A stretch of 64,000 bases of DNA from NCBI GenBank assembly GCA_903845195.1, contig CAIMWO010000019.1, forward strand, positions 56,277 to 120,276, written 5' to 3'. Shown piece by piece: positions 29,321 through 40,466 of this stretch (position 1 is the stretch's first letter; each line of letters begins with the position of its first letter). A program made the translations under genes and the position numbers. The notes beneath the pieces were generated by a model. The model did not search any database and had not been told where the DNA came from. It worked only from the letters and a program-made list of their open reading frames with translations. Source of the stretch: an uncultured Phycisphaerales bacterium (GTDB taxonomy: Bacteria; Planctomycetota; Phycisphaerae; WQYP01).

Positions 29321-29617
29321 CTACGCCACCGTCAGCGTCAGCCCCAGCGCCTTCGAAACAGCAAACAACGTCGAAAGCCGCGGATTCCCCCGCCGCGACA
29401 ATGCCCGGTACAAACTCTCCCGCTCGATCCCCGCCGCCTTCGCCACCCGCGCCATCCCCCCGCGCGCCTCGGCAATGCGCCGCATCGCCACCAGCAACAC
29501 CTGCGGCTCCGCCGCATCCTCCATCGCAGCCCGCAGATATTCCACTGCAAAATCCGGATCCTCCCTGAGTTTCTTCTTCATAATCGCATCATGCGAAACA
29601 CTCGCTTTGCTTTTCAT
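29321..29617 (-). CDS. Addiction module antidote protein (HI1420-like HTH)
   Basis: GGMARVAKAAGIERESLYRALSRRGNP. Confidence 0.9.
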   Translation of the reverse strand: MKSKASVSHDAIMKKKLREDPDFAVEYLRAAMEDAAEPQVLLVAMRRIAEARGGMARVAKAAGIERESLYRALSRRGNPRLSTLFAVSKALGLTLTVA

Positions 29618-29619
29618 AG

Positions 29620-29943
29620 TCACAGGCTCCGTCGTTTGTAATCCCTCAGATACTCCATCGCCCGCGCGATATCGGCGGATTGGCGATGTTTGTCTCCCCC
29701 ACATAACAACAATATGCACACGCGCCCAATGACGGCGTAATACACCCGATAACCGGGACCAAGATCGATCCGCAGTTCCCACACACCTTCACCCACCGGT
29801 TTGCAGTCCCCGAAATTCCCGGCCGACAATCGTTCCAGCCGCGCCGCAATTCGCGCCGCCGCTCGCACATCCTTCAGCGCTGCCAGCCACGACTCCAATA
29901 CAATCTTGCCCTGCGCGGTGCGATACTGACGAAGCTCAAACAT
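29620..29943 (-). CDS. Addiction module killer protein (HI1419 / RelE-ParE-like)
   Basis: GNFGDCKPVGEGVWELRIDLGPGYRVYY, LLLCGGDK. Confidence 0.92.
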   Translation of the reverse strand: MFELRQYRTAQGKIVLESWLAALKDVRAAARIAARLERLSAGNFGDCKPVGEGVWELRIDLGPGYRVYYAVIGRVCILLLCGGDKHRQSADIARAMEYLRDYKRRSL

Positions 29944-30210
29944 TACTTGATTGTATCTTATAAGTTACTAACGGGCAACGCAAAAATCTCCCATTCTCCT
30001 ACCCCGACGCCCCCAATCTCATCCCCCACCCCTCTGTGATAATCGAAAATTGCGTCATTGGACATTGCGTCATTCGCCCCCGACACTCCCACACCCCCAA
30101 ACTCCAACACATCTCTTCGTGGTCTTCGCCCCTTCGTGTCTTCGTGTTTACGCCGTCCTCCCAATTCTGAATTCCGAATTCTGAACTCTGAATTCGCCTA
30201 CAATCTCCCC

Positions 30211-30795
30211 ATGAGACTCTGGACCCTCCACCCCCGCTACCTCGACGCCCGCGGACTCGTCGCCGCCTGGCGCGAAGCACTCCTGGCCCAGAAAGTCCTC
30301 GCCGGAAAAACCCGCGGCTACCGCCACCACCCGCAACTCCTCCGTTTTCGCGCCCAGCAAAAACCCCTCCCCGCCATCGCCGCCTTCCTCACCGCCCTTG
30401 CCCGCGAAGCCACCCGCCGCGGCTACCACTTCGACGCCTCCAAAATCTCCCGCCCGCGCACCCGCCGCCAAATCCCCGAAACCCGCGGCCAACTCCAATA
30501 CGAATGGCAACACCTCCTGACCAAACTCCGCACCCGCGACCCCCGCCTCTACCGCCAACTCCGCGCACTGCCCCAGCCGGATCCCCACCCCCTCTTCCGC
30601 CTCACCCCCGGCCCCGTCCAACCCTGGGAACGCCCCACACCACCGAAACGCAGAACGAACCCCAAAACGAACTCGAAGACGAGCCCGAAGCGTCAGCGCC
30701 GAGCCACCCCCGCCTACCAACCCCCGATTCTGAACTCTGAATTCCCCTTCATCCCGCGTCTCTCTCTCCCCGAACCCCCGTTCAAATCCTATTAG
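30211..30795 (+). CDS. Pyrimidine-dimer DNA glycosylase (T4 endonuclease V-like)
   Basis: MRLWTLHPRYLD..GLVA.WREALLAQ, GYRHHPQL; C-tail is repeat-derived. Confidence 0.88.
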   Translation: MRLWTLHPRYLDARGLVAAWREALLAQKVLAGKTRGYRHHPQLLRFRAQQKPLPAIAAFLTALAREATRRGYHFDASKISRPRTRRQIPETRGQLQYEWQHLLTKLRTRDPRLYRQLRALPQPDPHPLFRLTPGPVQPWERPTPPKRRTNPKTNSKTSPKRQRRATPAYQPPILNSEFPFIPRLSLPEPPFKSY

Positions 30796-30892
30796 CCCAA
30801 ATTGCGTGAACAGATGCTTTCGACAAGTGCCAGGGCGCGCCCTGCGATCCATCGACCCGCACCCCAGCCAGTGGTTAAGATGTTGATAGACT

Positions 30893-31468
30893 ATGAACGA
30901 CTTACCAAACATTACGTCTCGAGCTCGCGATCTTCTGTCGGAACATGGCGAGGTACGGGCGCAGCCTATATCAGATTGGGGAGGCACCTTCGAATTACCT
31001 CTTGAGGTGGCAGCTTTCTATGCGCAGGTTGGGCCGTATGACATCACGATCGAAGGATACGGCAATCCGTACTTCCTCCCGCGATTGGCAAAACTCTGGG
31101 ACTTTCAGAAGGGATACCGCTGGCATGGGTTCACTGGCGAGCGGCTCAAGGATTGGGACGAGAACTGGCTGGTCGTTGCGGATGAAGGCGGCGACCCTTT
31201 CATTTTCGACCGAGACTCGCGGAAGGTGTTGTTCGCGCTTCACGGAACAGGTGTATGGAAACCGGAGACGTGGTTCCCAAGTCTGCCGACAATGGCCGCG
31301 TGCCTCGCAATCCTTGGCAAAATCGTTCGTGCGGCTGGAAAAAATCTTACAGATAGTGACTGTCTGATTCGCCCAAAACATCGGCAACACGCGATTTCTG
31401 CCATCGCACGCGTCATCGGATCCCGAGCAGAAGCGGAAGCGATTGTCGGCGGAGCAGGATGGGGTTGA
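30893..31468 (+). CDS. SMI1/KNR4-like immunity-type protein
   Basis: LPxxxxxFY and WLVVADEGGDPF pattern. Confidence 0.6.
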   Translation: MNDLPNITSRARDLLSEHGEVRAQPISDWGGTFELPLEVAAFYAQVGPYDITIEGYGNPYFLPRLAKLWDFQKGYRWHGFTGERLKDWDENWLVVADEGGDPFIFDRDSRKVLFALHGTGVWKPETWFPSLPTMAACLAILGKIVRAAGKNLTDSDCLIRPKHRQHAISAIARVIGSRAEAEAIVGGAGWG

Positions 31469-31930
31469 CCACCTCGCCGTCAGAGATCAGGAATGCTTTG
31501 GTTATCCGCCGCCGCGATGAAGTACCGCAACACCGTTTTCATACCAATCGAATCACCCCAATCGCACATTCACGATGCCCTCCGCAAATGCCGAACATCT
31601 CCGCATCTACTACAACACGGTGAATCTCCGTCCAACCATTGCCTCCCCTCCCCTCACTCACGTAGACCCGTCAAGCTCTCCATCACACACTCAAATCTTC
31701 GTGCGTCCTCCGTGCCCCCCCGTGTTCTCCGTGGTTAAGAACGTTTTCGTGTCTTGGTGTCGTGGTTCAACTCTGAATTCCAAACTCTGAATTCTGAATT
31801 CCGCCACCCCATCTCCCCGCGACCACTTGCCCCACTTCCGTTATAATCCCGCCCATTCCCTTGGCTGACGCCGAAGCGCCCGCCGAATTGAACGAACTTA
31901 ACCAATTCCTTGAATTGAACGAAAGAACCC

Positions 31931-34900
31931 ATGCCCGTCTACCGTATCGAAGTCCGTGCCACCCATCCCCAGGACGATCCCTCCGGCGCCGGCGTACTCC
32001 ACGAAATCCGCCAGCTCGGCATCAACGAAGTCTCCGACGTCCGCTCCTCGCGCATCTTCCTCCTCCAGGGCGACGACGCCACCCTCACGCCCCCCAACCT
32101 CGACCGCATCGCCAAAGAAGTCCTCATCGACCCCGTCACCGAAACCTTCACCCTCGGCGTCGAACCCCTCCACCCCAACACCCGCACCATCGAAGTCCAC
32201 CTCAAGCCCGGCGTCACCGACCCGGTGGCGACATCGTGCGAAACCGCCATCAGCGACCTTCTCAATTCAGAATTCAGAATTACCCCTCGTCCAGGTCCTC
32301 ACCGGCCGCAAGTACACCCTCCTCGGCCAATCCACCCTCCACGACGACCTCCTCCGCATCATCGCCAAACGCCTGCTCGTCAACGAATCCATCGAGACCG
32401 GCCACTTCGAACCCTTCACCCCCGCCGAATTCCCCAAGGGCCGCCCCTACACCTTCAACCTCACCCACGTCGCCATCCGCGACCTCTCCGACGACCAACT
32501 CCTCGACCTCTCCCGCAAAGGCCACCTCTTCCTCGACCTCCGCGAAATGCAGGCCATCCAAAATTACTTCCGCACGCTCGAGCGCGACCCCACCGACGCC
32601 GAACTCGAAACTCTCGCCCAAACCTGGTCCGAGCACTGCGTCCACAAAACCCTCAAGGCCTCCGTCGAATACACCTTCATCGACCGCCGCTCACCGTCTC
32701 GTGATTCGTGGTCCGTGGCCCGTGACCCGCAGCCCGAAGCCGCCACCCCATCGCCCACCGAACCACGAACCACGGACCACGGACCACGAACGATCATCAT
32801 CGACAACCTCATCAAACAAACCGTCTTCAAAGCCACCATGGACCTCCAAAAACCCTGGACCATCTCCGTCTTCAAAGACAACGCCGGCGTCATCGAGTTC
32901 GACGAAGACAACGCCGTCTGCTTCAAAGTCGAAACCCACAACCGCCCCTCCGCCATCGAACCCTACGGCGGCGCCGCCACCGGCATCGGCGGCTGCATCC
33001 GCGACGTCATGGGCACCGGCCTGGGCGCCAAACCCTTCGCCAATACCGACATCTTCTGCTTCGCCGACCCCACCACACCCGTCGAAACCCTCCCCAACGG
33101 CGTCATCCATCCCCGCCGCTCCGCCCAACGCGTCGTCGCCGGCGTCCGCGACTACGGCAACCGCATGGGCATCCCCACCGTCAACGGCGCCGTCTTCTTC
33201 CACGATCGCTACGTCGGCAACCCCCTCGTCTTCTGCGGCACCGCCGGCGTCATGCCGCGCAAGTTCGCCCAAAAAGGCCAAGCCCGCCCCGGCGATCACA
33301 TCATCGTCCTCGGCGGCCGCACCGGCCGCGACGGCATCCACGGCGCCACCTTCTCCTCCGACGTCGTCACCACCTCCCACGCCGATGAATTCTCCCACGC
33401 CGTCCAGATCGGCAACGCCATCACCGAAAAGAAAACCCTCGACGTCATCCTCCAAGCCCGCGACTACGGCACGAATTCAGAATTCAGAATTCAGAATTCA
33501 GAATTGCCCCCCGGCCCACTCTTCACCGCCATCACCGACTGCGGCGCCGGCGGCCTCTCCTCCGCCATCGGCGAAATGGGCGAAAAAACCGGCGCCACCG
33601 TCAACCTCCACAAAGTCCCTCTCAAATACGAAGGCCTCTCCTACGCCGAAATCTGGATCTCCGAAGCCCAGGAACGCATGGTCCTCGCCGTCCCCCCAGA
33701 AAATGTCCAAACCCTCCTCGACCTCTGCGCCGCCGAAGACGTCGAAGGCACCGACATCGGCATCTTCGACGGCACCGGCAAACTCACCCTCTACTACAAC
33801 CCCGCCACCCCAAACCCAGGGATTGAATCCCTGGGCTCGTCCCCATCGACGGAATCCCCGGCCACCCCCACGCAAAACACCATCGTCGCCCAAATGGATA
33901 TGTCCTTCATCCACGACGGCATCCCCAAGCCCACGCGCAAAGCCGTCTACACCGCCCCCACCATCGTCGAACCCCACCTCCCCATGCCCAAGTCCGGCGC
34001 CTTCGCCGCCACCCTCCACCAACTCCTCGCCATGCCCTCCATCGCCAGCAAACATTGGATCATCCGCCAGTACGATCACGAAGTGCAGGGCGGCACCATC
34101 ATCAAACCCCTCGTCGGCGCTTCCAACGACGGCCCCGGCGACGCCGCCGTCGTCAAACCCCTCCTCTCCTCCAAAAAAGCCGTCGTCCTCGCCAACGGCT
34201 GCCAGCCCCGCTTCGGCGATATCGACCCCTACCAGATGGCCCTCAACAGCATCGATGAAGCCATCCGCAACACCGTCTGCGTCGGCGGCAATCCCGAGCG
34301 CACCGCCATCCTCGACAACTTCTGCTGGCCCAAATGCTCCGATCCCCAGCACCTCGGCGCCCTCGTCCGCGCCTGCCAGGCCTGCTATGACGGCGCCATC
34401 GCCTACTCCACCCCCTTCATCTCCGGCAAAGATTCCCTCTCCAACGAATTCATCACCGACAAAGGCGAACGCATCCAGATCCCCTACACCCTGCTCATCT
34501 CCGCCATGTCCGTCATCGACGATGCCGCCAAATGCATCACCATGGACGCCAAACAGTCCGGCAACCAGCTCCTCCTCGTCGGCCTCACCAAGCGCGAACT
34601 CGGCGGCTCGCACTACTACGCACTCCATGACTTCATCGGCGCCTCCGTCCCCACCGTCGACCTCAACCTCGGCCCCGCCACCGCCCGCGCCGTCGCCGGC
34701 CTCATCGATCAGGGCCTCGTCCGCTCCGCTCACGATCTCTCCGAAGGGGGCCTCGCCGTCGCATTGGCCGAAATGCTCTTCGCCGGCTCCCTCGGCGCCA
34801 CCATCGACCTCGCCGGCGTCCCCTGCGCCGAAGATGCCGATGCCGACGACGTCCTGCTCTTCTCCGAATCCCCCTCGCGCTACCTCCTCGAAATCCCCCC

Positions 34901-35087
34901 CGAACATTTCGACACCGTCGCCCGCACCCTCAAAGCCGCAAATGGGGGGGGAGGCATCCGCTTCGGCGTCCTCGGCACCCTCCACGACCGCCCGTCGCTG
35001 AAAATCCGCTCCATCAAATCCGCCTGGCTCATGGACGAACCCATCGACACCCTAAAAAAATCCTGGCTCGCCCCCCTCGATTGGTAA
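31931..35087 (+). CDS. purL: FGAM synthase PurL with N-terminal PurS-like domains; +1 frameshift at 32264-32281
   Basis: QTWSEHCVHK, VETHNRPS, GRDGIHGA, DCGAGGL, SEAQERM, QYDHEV, ISGKDS; N-terminus (KPGVTDP) lies in another frame. Confidence 0.92.
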
Positions 35088-35308
35088 CGTCTCGCGCGGG
35101 TGCACGTCGGCGCGGGCCAATCGGCTATCGCAGATATGACCAGCGTGCGAACTCAATCCAATGCCCCTCCCGGCTTGCCTCTTCGCGGTCCGCCGCCGTC
35201 ACCCACAATTCTGATGTACACCCTCTCGCGCCGATCTGCCCTTTTCAATTTGGTCACGAGTACAGGGTTGCGGTACAATTCCAACGTGTCGTTTGCGGAG
35301 CCTCCCTT

Positions 35309-35725
35309 ATGCAAACCCTGAAACTGCCCGCCAAATCTCAGCTGGATGCCCTGCTCCGCAGGGTACAGCGGAATGGCGCGCTTCGTCTGGTTCGCGGCGG
35401 ACGAACCGTCGCCATTCTTCAACAGCCCAGCGAACCCTGCCTGGATTTTCGCCCACTCAAACTCACCAAAGAGCAGGAAACACGATTTAACGCCCATTTC
35501 GACGAAATGAACCGTAGACATCCACCGCTCGAATTCGCATCCGTCGAAGCGGCTGTCGAATACCTGCGCAAGAGGCTCCCCGATGAAGATACTCCTGCCA
35601 CCGTCGTTCCTCGAAATGCTCGAAATGCTACCGCAGCAAGATCGCGCAAACGTGCTCCTCGCGGTGGCAAAACTGCAGCAGGCGTTCAAGCATCCTCACG
35701 AGCATTCCGGACTCGGACTGCGTAA
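35309..35725 (+). CDS. Putative antitoxin upstream of the RelE-like toxin (3' end uncertain)
   Basis: MQTLKL...FASVEAAVEYL; RBS GGAG; long overlap with the toxin. Confidence 0.5.
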   Translation: MQTLKLPAKSQLDALLRRVQRNGALRLVRGGRTVAILQQPSEPCLDFRPLKLTKEQETRFNAHFDEMNRRHPPLEFASVEAAVEYLRKRLPDEDTPATVVPRNARNATAARSRKRAPRGGKTAAGVQASSRAFRTRTA

Positions 35726-35861
35726 GCTTAGACCCCATATTTGGGAAATCCGCATTAACCTCGATATCCGCGTGGTCTTCCGCTTGTTCAACGATGTTGC
35801 CGAAATCGATCTCGTGGGCAACCACGACGATGTCCAGCGTTATCTCAAGTCTATCCGTTAG
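35583..35861 (+). CDS. RelE/ParE-like toxin
   Basis: GLRKLR..IWEIRINLDIRVVF, VGNHDDV. Confidence 0.75.
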   Translation: MKILLPPSFLEMLEMLPQQDRANVLLAVAKLQQAFKHPHEHSGLGLRKLRPHIWEIRINLDIRVVFRLFNDVAEIDLVGNHDDVQRYLKSIR

Positions 35862-35895
35862 AATGAAACCGCATACGATTACGAGGAGCAACAGC

Positions 35896-36138
35896 ATGGC
35901 GGTCAATTGGCCGGTCTATCGTCTTCGTGTGGGTTCCATGCTCTTTGGTATCGGCATCGGACTTGCGTGCGGGACAATGTGGGGCAGCGCAACTCCGTTT
36001 GTTCTCAAGACTATTGCTGCAGTGTGTATGATATCTGGCGGGATCATTGTTCATATGACCCGTAAGGCTCTTCCCGAGATCAAGCCAAAGGTTGGTGGTG
36101 CGCTCCCTGCCGAGTTTCCGACAGGGTCGGGGAGCTAG
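35896..36138 (+). CDS. Small 2-TM membrane protein
   Basis: GAGGAG RBS, two hydrophobic helices. Confidence 0.5.
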   Translation: MAVNWPVYRLRVGSMLFGIGIGLACGTMWGSATPFVLKTIAAVCMISGGIIVHMTRKALPEIKPKVGGALPAEFPTGSGS

Positions 36139-36264
36139 TTGGCAGGCCGACTATGCTTACCTTGAAGTAATTGGGGAATCCCGCTGAAATGAAGTATTTT
36201 TTAGGATGTCTTTGAGCTTTTTCGTAAAATGGCGCCGATGGTTCGATTCTGAAAGGGCATCTCG

Positions 36265-36927
36265 ATGCGAACAGCATTCATTCTTCTGATTCTGGCCGTT
36301 ATGGGGGCTGGTTCCGGCTGCAAAAAGACTGAACCGCCGAAGGTACCAACAAGCACTGCGGCAACGATACCGATGACGGCGGCGGAGATTGTCCAAGAGC
36401 AGGCGGTGGTAGCCGAGATTGAAAAAGCGGGGGGTTGTGTCACACGGGTCGTCTACCCTCCAAATGGACCGGTCACTGGAGTGGACTTCATGAATCCCAA
36501 CGTACCCAATGAGGTCTTGGATCATCTTAAGGAACTGAAGCATCTTGATTCGCTATCATTGTCGTTCACCGGATTGACCGACGAGCGACTGAAACATCTG
36601 GAGGGGTTGAATAATCTTCAAACTCTGTTTTTGCAGAACCCTGAGATTACCGATGCGGGGTTAGTACATCTCAGAGGTCTTGTACAACTTAATCATTTGG
36701 ACTTGGGTTCGACCAAGATTTCCGATGCGGGATTAGAGCATTTGGTGGGGCTGAACCATCTTCAAATTCTTGGATTGAATGAGACCAGTGTTACTGAAAC
36801 AGGATTGGTGCGTCTCAAAAAGCTGAATGAACTTAAGGCACTGTACTTACGGAACACCAAGGTGACCGACGAGGGCGTCAAGAGGCTAACGGATGCACCG
36901 CCGACGTGGGTAATCGTGCGCTGGTAA
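36265..36927 (+). CDS. Leucine-rich repeat lipoprotein
   Basis: Lipobox-like GSGC; 24-aa LxxLxLxxTxITDAGLxHL repeats. Confidence 0.88.
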   Translation: MRTAFILLILAVMGAGSGCKKTEPPKVPTSTAATIPMTAAEIVQEQAVVAEIEKAGGCVTRVVYPPNGPVTGVDFMNPNVPNEVLDHLKELKHLDSLSLSFTGLTDERLKHLEGLNNLQTLFLQNPEITDAGLVHLRGLVQLNHLDLGSTKISDAGLEHLVGLNHLQILGLNETSVTETGLVRLKKLNELKALYLRNTKVTDEGVKRLTDAPPTWVIVRW

Positions 36928-37083
36928 GGTATATGAACGGTCCCACCTTTCTCAGCTTTTCTCCCCCAGCCGTAGTGATGAACACCGCAACTGCTTGTAC
37001 TATTGTCTAAACCAAAGACGCCGGGGCCCCGTCGCCAAGCCCCCTTCATTCTCAATCGCTCGAAACGCAGGAAGCAAAAACCC

Positions 37084-38040
37084 ATGAAACTCGACACCCT
37101 CTATAACCGTGACTGCATCGCCGGCATGGCCGAAATCCCCGCCGGTTCCATCGACCTCGCCTTCGCCGATCCCCCCTTCAACATCGGCTACACCTACGAC
37201 GTCTACGAAGACCGCCGCGCCGCCGACGAATACCTCGACTGGACCAAACAATGGGGCGCCGCCGTCGTCCGCGCCCTCAAACCCACCGGCACCTTCTGGC
37301 TCGCCATCGGCGATGACTTCGCCGCCGAAACCAAAATGATCTTCCAACGCGAACTCGGACTCTTCTGCCGCTCCTGGGTCATCTGGTACTACACCTTCGG
37401 CGTCAACTGCAAATTCAAATTCTCCCGCAGCCACACCCACCTCTTCCACTTCGTCAAAGACCCCAAAAACTTCACCTTCAACCACGACGCCATCCGCGTC
37501 CCCTCCGCCCGCCAACTCGTCTACGCCGACGCCCGCGCCGACGCCAAAGGCCGCCTTCCCGATGACACCTGGATCCTCCGCCCCCAGGACGCCGCCCACA
37601 GCTTCACCCCCGAAGAAGACGTCTGGTACTTCCCCCGCGTCTGCGGCACCTTCAAAGAACGCGCCGGCTTCCACGGCTGCCAGATGCCCGAACAACTCCT
37701 CGGCCGCATCATCGAAACCTCCTCCAACCCCGGCGACACCATCCTCGAACCCTTCGGCGGCAGCGGCACCACCCTCATCGTCGCCAAAAAACTCGACCGC
37801 CGCTTCCTCGGCTTCGAGCTCTCCAAAAATTACGCCGACCAAATCCACTCCCGCCTAAAATCCACCAAAATCGGCGACCCCCTCTCCGGCGCCGCAGAAC
37901 CCACCGTCTCCGCCCCCACCACCGCCAACGGCAAACAAAGAAAAACCACCAACCCCACCCCCCCCAACCCTATCGCCCCCGCCACCAAACGCCCCCGCAA
38001 AAAATCCGCCCCCACACTGCAAACCCCCTCCATGTTCTAA
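37084..38040 (+). CDS. Orphan N4/N6 DNA methyltransferase (beta class)
   Basis: DPPF motif IV precedes EPFGGSGTT motif I. Confidence 0.9.
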   Translation: MKLDTLYNRDCIAGMAEIPAGSIDLAFADPPFNIGYTYDVYEDRRAADEYLDWTKQWGAAVVRALKPTGTFWLAIGDDFAAETKMIFQRELGLFCRSWVIWYYTFGVNCKFKFSRSHTHLFHFVKDPKNFTFNHDAIRVPSARQLVYADARADAKGRLPDDTWILRPQDAAHSFTPEEDVWYFPRVCGTFKERAGFHGCQMPEQLLGRIIETSSNPGDTILEPFGGSGTTLIVAKKLDRRFLGFELSKNYADQIHSRLKSTKIGDPLSGAAEPTVSAPTTANGKQRKTTNPTPPNPIAPATKRPRKKSAPTLQTPSMF

Positions 38041-38209
38041 CAATTCAGAATTCAGAACGAAGAATTCAGAGTTTCGTCCCCTGTCCCGCAAACGAGCCCC
38101 AAGCGTCAGCGCCGGGCCACCCCGGGCCGGAACAATCCCCATGGAACCGCTCCCCCACCCACGCGTCCAACACCATTGCGATCCCCTGTCCTTTCTCGTG
38201 GAGGCGGCC

Positions 38210-39379
38210 ATGACCACACTCCGGCTAGTTCTCTCGTGTCTGACCATCCTCTTCAGTTTGCTGCTGGCAGCCTGCGGCACTGGTGACACCCGCGGCACCG
38301 CCGCCACGCCCTCCCCCACTCCTCCCGCCAGCGGAAACCCCGGACCCGCCGGCCCCGGTAACGCCTACAAAGTCACCGGCCCCTATGCCCACGACAACCT
38401 CACCATCTTCCTCATCCATGGTCCCGACAAAATCAAAGGCAAAGCCTATCTCTCCCTCCAGGAAGCCATGGCAGAGAAAAAAGTCATCGTCCACGAGACC
38501 GGCAACGTCAACGAGCTCACCATCGAAAACGTTTCCAATGAAGATGTCTACCTCCAGTCCGGCGACATCGTCAAAGGCGGACGCCAGGATCGCACCATCC
38601 AGAACGACCTCGTCCTCCAAGGCAAGAGCGGCAAAGTCCCCCTCCAGGCCTTCTGCGTCGAGTCCGGCCGCTGGTCCGGTCGCCGCGGCGAAGAATCCAC
38701 CGCCTTCGCCAGCTCCGGCAACGCCCTGGCCAGCAAAAATCTGAAAGTCGCCGCCAAAGGCGCCAGCGACCAAGGCGCCGTCTGGCGTGAAGTCGCCCAC
38801 TCCCAAACTAAGCTCGCCGAAAACGCCGGCGGCTCCGTCGCTGATGCCCGTTCTGCTTCCAGCCTCCAACTCTCCCTCGAAAACCAGAAAGTCCAGGCCG
38901 CCACTGAGTCCTACCAGAAGGAACTCACCCAGGTCGTCCAAGGCAAACCCGACGTCGTCGGTTACGCCTTCGCCATCAATGGCAAACTCAACAGCATCGA
39001 CATCTACGCCAGCAACGCCCTCTTCAACAAAATGTGGGACAAAAACCTCCAGGCCGCCTGCATCGAGGCCTTCGCCGAATTCCACCAAGACGCTCAGTAC
39101 GTCACCCTCAAACCCGAAATCGTCACCGCCGCCCTCGCTGACGCCGCCACCGGTCAGGCCGCCGAAAAATCCCTCAACCCCCGCGTCAAACTCATCAGCC
39201 GTGAATCCAAATACAACTGGCAGTACGAAACCTACGACAACCAGGCCGCCGCCCCCGCTCATATCAACATCCTCACCCGCGACCCCGAATCCGAAAAACT
39301 CATGCAGCAACACAACCAACCAAGTCGCTCGACGGGCAATAACCTCCAAATCAATTCCCCACCCACCACGCAGCGCTAA
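38210..39379 (+). CDS. Lipoprotein with an ARPP-1 (DUF6569)-like domain
   Basis: LLAAC lipobox; GDIVKGGRQDR, FCVESGRW and QGAVW motifs. Confidence 0.75.
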   Translation: MTTLRLVLSCLTILFSLLLAACGTGDTRGTAATPSPTPPASGNPGPAGPGNAYKVTGPYAHDNLTIFLIHGPDKIKGKAYLSLQEAMAEKKVIVHETGNVNELTIENVSNEDVYLQSGDIVKGGRQDRTIQNDLVLQGKSGKVPLQAFCVESGRWSGRRGEESTAFASSGNALASKNLKVAAKGASDQGAVWREVAHSQTKLAENAGGSVADARSASSLQLSLENQKVQAATESYQKELTQVVQGKPDVVGYAFAINGKLNSIDIYASNALFNKMWDKNLQAACIEAFAEFHQDAQYVTLKPEIVTAALADAATGQAAEKSLNPRVKLISRESKYNWQYETYDNQAAAPAHINILTRDPESEKLMQQHNQPSRSTGNNLQINSPPTTQR

Positions 39380-39722
39380 TTGTTTCTGCCTATGGAGAAT
39401 TCAATTGCCATGCCCCCCAAACGAGCCCCAAGCGTCAGCGCCGGGCCACCCCCGCGCATACCAACCAACCCCCATTCTGAATTCCAATTTCCCGTCACCC
39501 CCGAGCTGACCAGCAAGGTGCTGTCCTGTCACGCCGCCGGAACTTGCTGACGTGCGACGCACTCCCCAACCGCACATCCACAATACCCTCAGCAAATGCC
39601 GAAGCTCCTCTGCATTTGCAGTGCGGTTCACACCAGCGATAATACTCCATATGTTCAAGCCGTCGGCAACAAGCCAAGCGTGGCATAGTCAGTTAGAACC
39701 ATGTAACCAAGTTTGAGTGAAC

Positions 39723-40187
39723 ATGAGCAAGGCCGGATCGGTAATCATCGCGGGGCTCATGCTGGCTTTTTCATCGCAGCAGGCCCTCGCCGATTGGCAC
39801 CACCATTCCGGTTCGTCGGGCGTCCCACCCGATCCGCACATGGAGGCTTGTGTTGTAACGGTTGCGGTCAGCCTGGCATCAACTCTCGTGATCCTCTTCC
39901 TTGGCGGACCGCTCCTGATCATCTGGGGCCGCAGAATTCTCCACACCTTGTGGTTGCTGCCCCTGGCGAATCTTCTGCTGTATCTGGTGTCCATCTCCCT
40001 GCAGCCATACCCGGGAGGATTCGGTGCGCGGTTTGAAACACCGGGACTGTTCTATACGCTCGCCGAGATCGTGTTTGTGCTGGTGGCGAGCATGATCGTA
40101 GCTTTGATCGTCATGGCAATTCAGTGGCTGCTGCGAAAGCTCCGCCCGGTGCCCGGCAAACGCCCCACCTCTCTCAACCCGCAATAA
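39723..40187 (+). CDS. Hypothetical membrane protein
   Basis: Signal peptide plus 3 TM segments. Confidence 0.6.
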   Translation: MSKAGSVIIAGLMLAFSSQQALADWHHHSGSSGVPPDPHMEACVVTVAVSLASTLVILFLGGPLLIIWGRRILHTLWLLPLANLLLYLVSISLQPYPGGFGARFETPGLFYTLAEIVFVLVASMIVALIVMAIQWLLRKLRPVPGKRPTSLNPQ

Positions 40188-40466
40188 ACATCCCAACCCT
40201 TTCGTGCGTCTTCGTGCGCTTCGTGTCTTCGTGGTTCAATTCTCCTCCTCACTCCAACATTTGTGTTCGTTCGTGTTCATTTGTGGCTAATTCACGTCGT
40301 CCAAAATCCCATCAAGAAAACTCTGTGCGTCCTCCGTGTCTCTGAGTCTCTGTGGTGAAAATATCATCCCCTTCGTGGGTCTTCGCATCCTTCGTGCCTT
40401 CGTGGTATCGTCGTCCCCCAACTCTGCATTCTGAACTCTGAATTCTGAATTCAATAAAGGCCTCCC

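Noticed and set aside
32261-32290. Programmed ribosomal frameshift in purL
   Set aside because: No canonical slippery site; the shift is fully explained by 7-mer copy number
31861-35001. 1046-aa Pro/Ser-rich ORF and similar long alternative-frame ORFs (11853-13826, 15143-16546, 20684-22030, 33498-34985, 60013-61353)
   Set aside because: Shadow frames of real genes caused by high GC and C-skew; low complexity and no motifs
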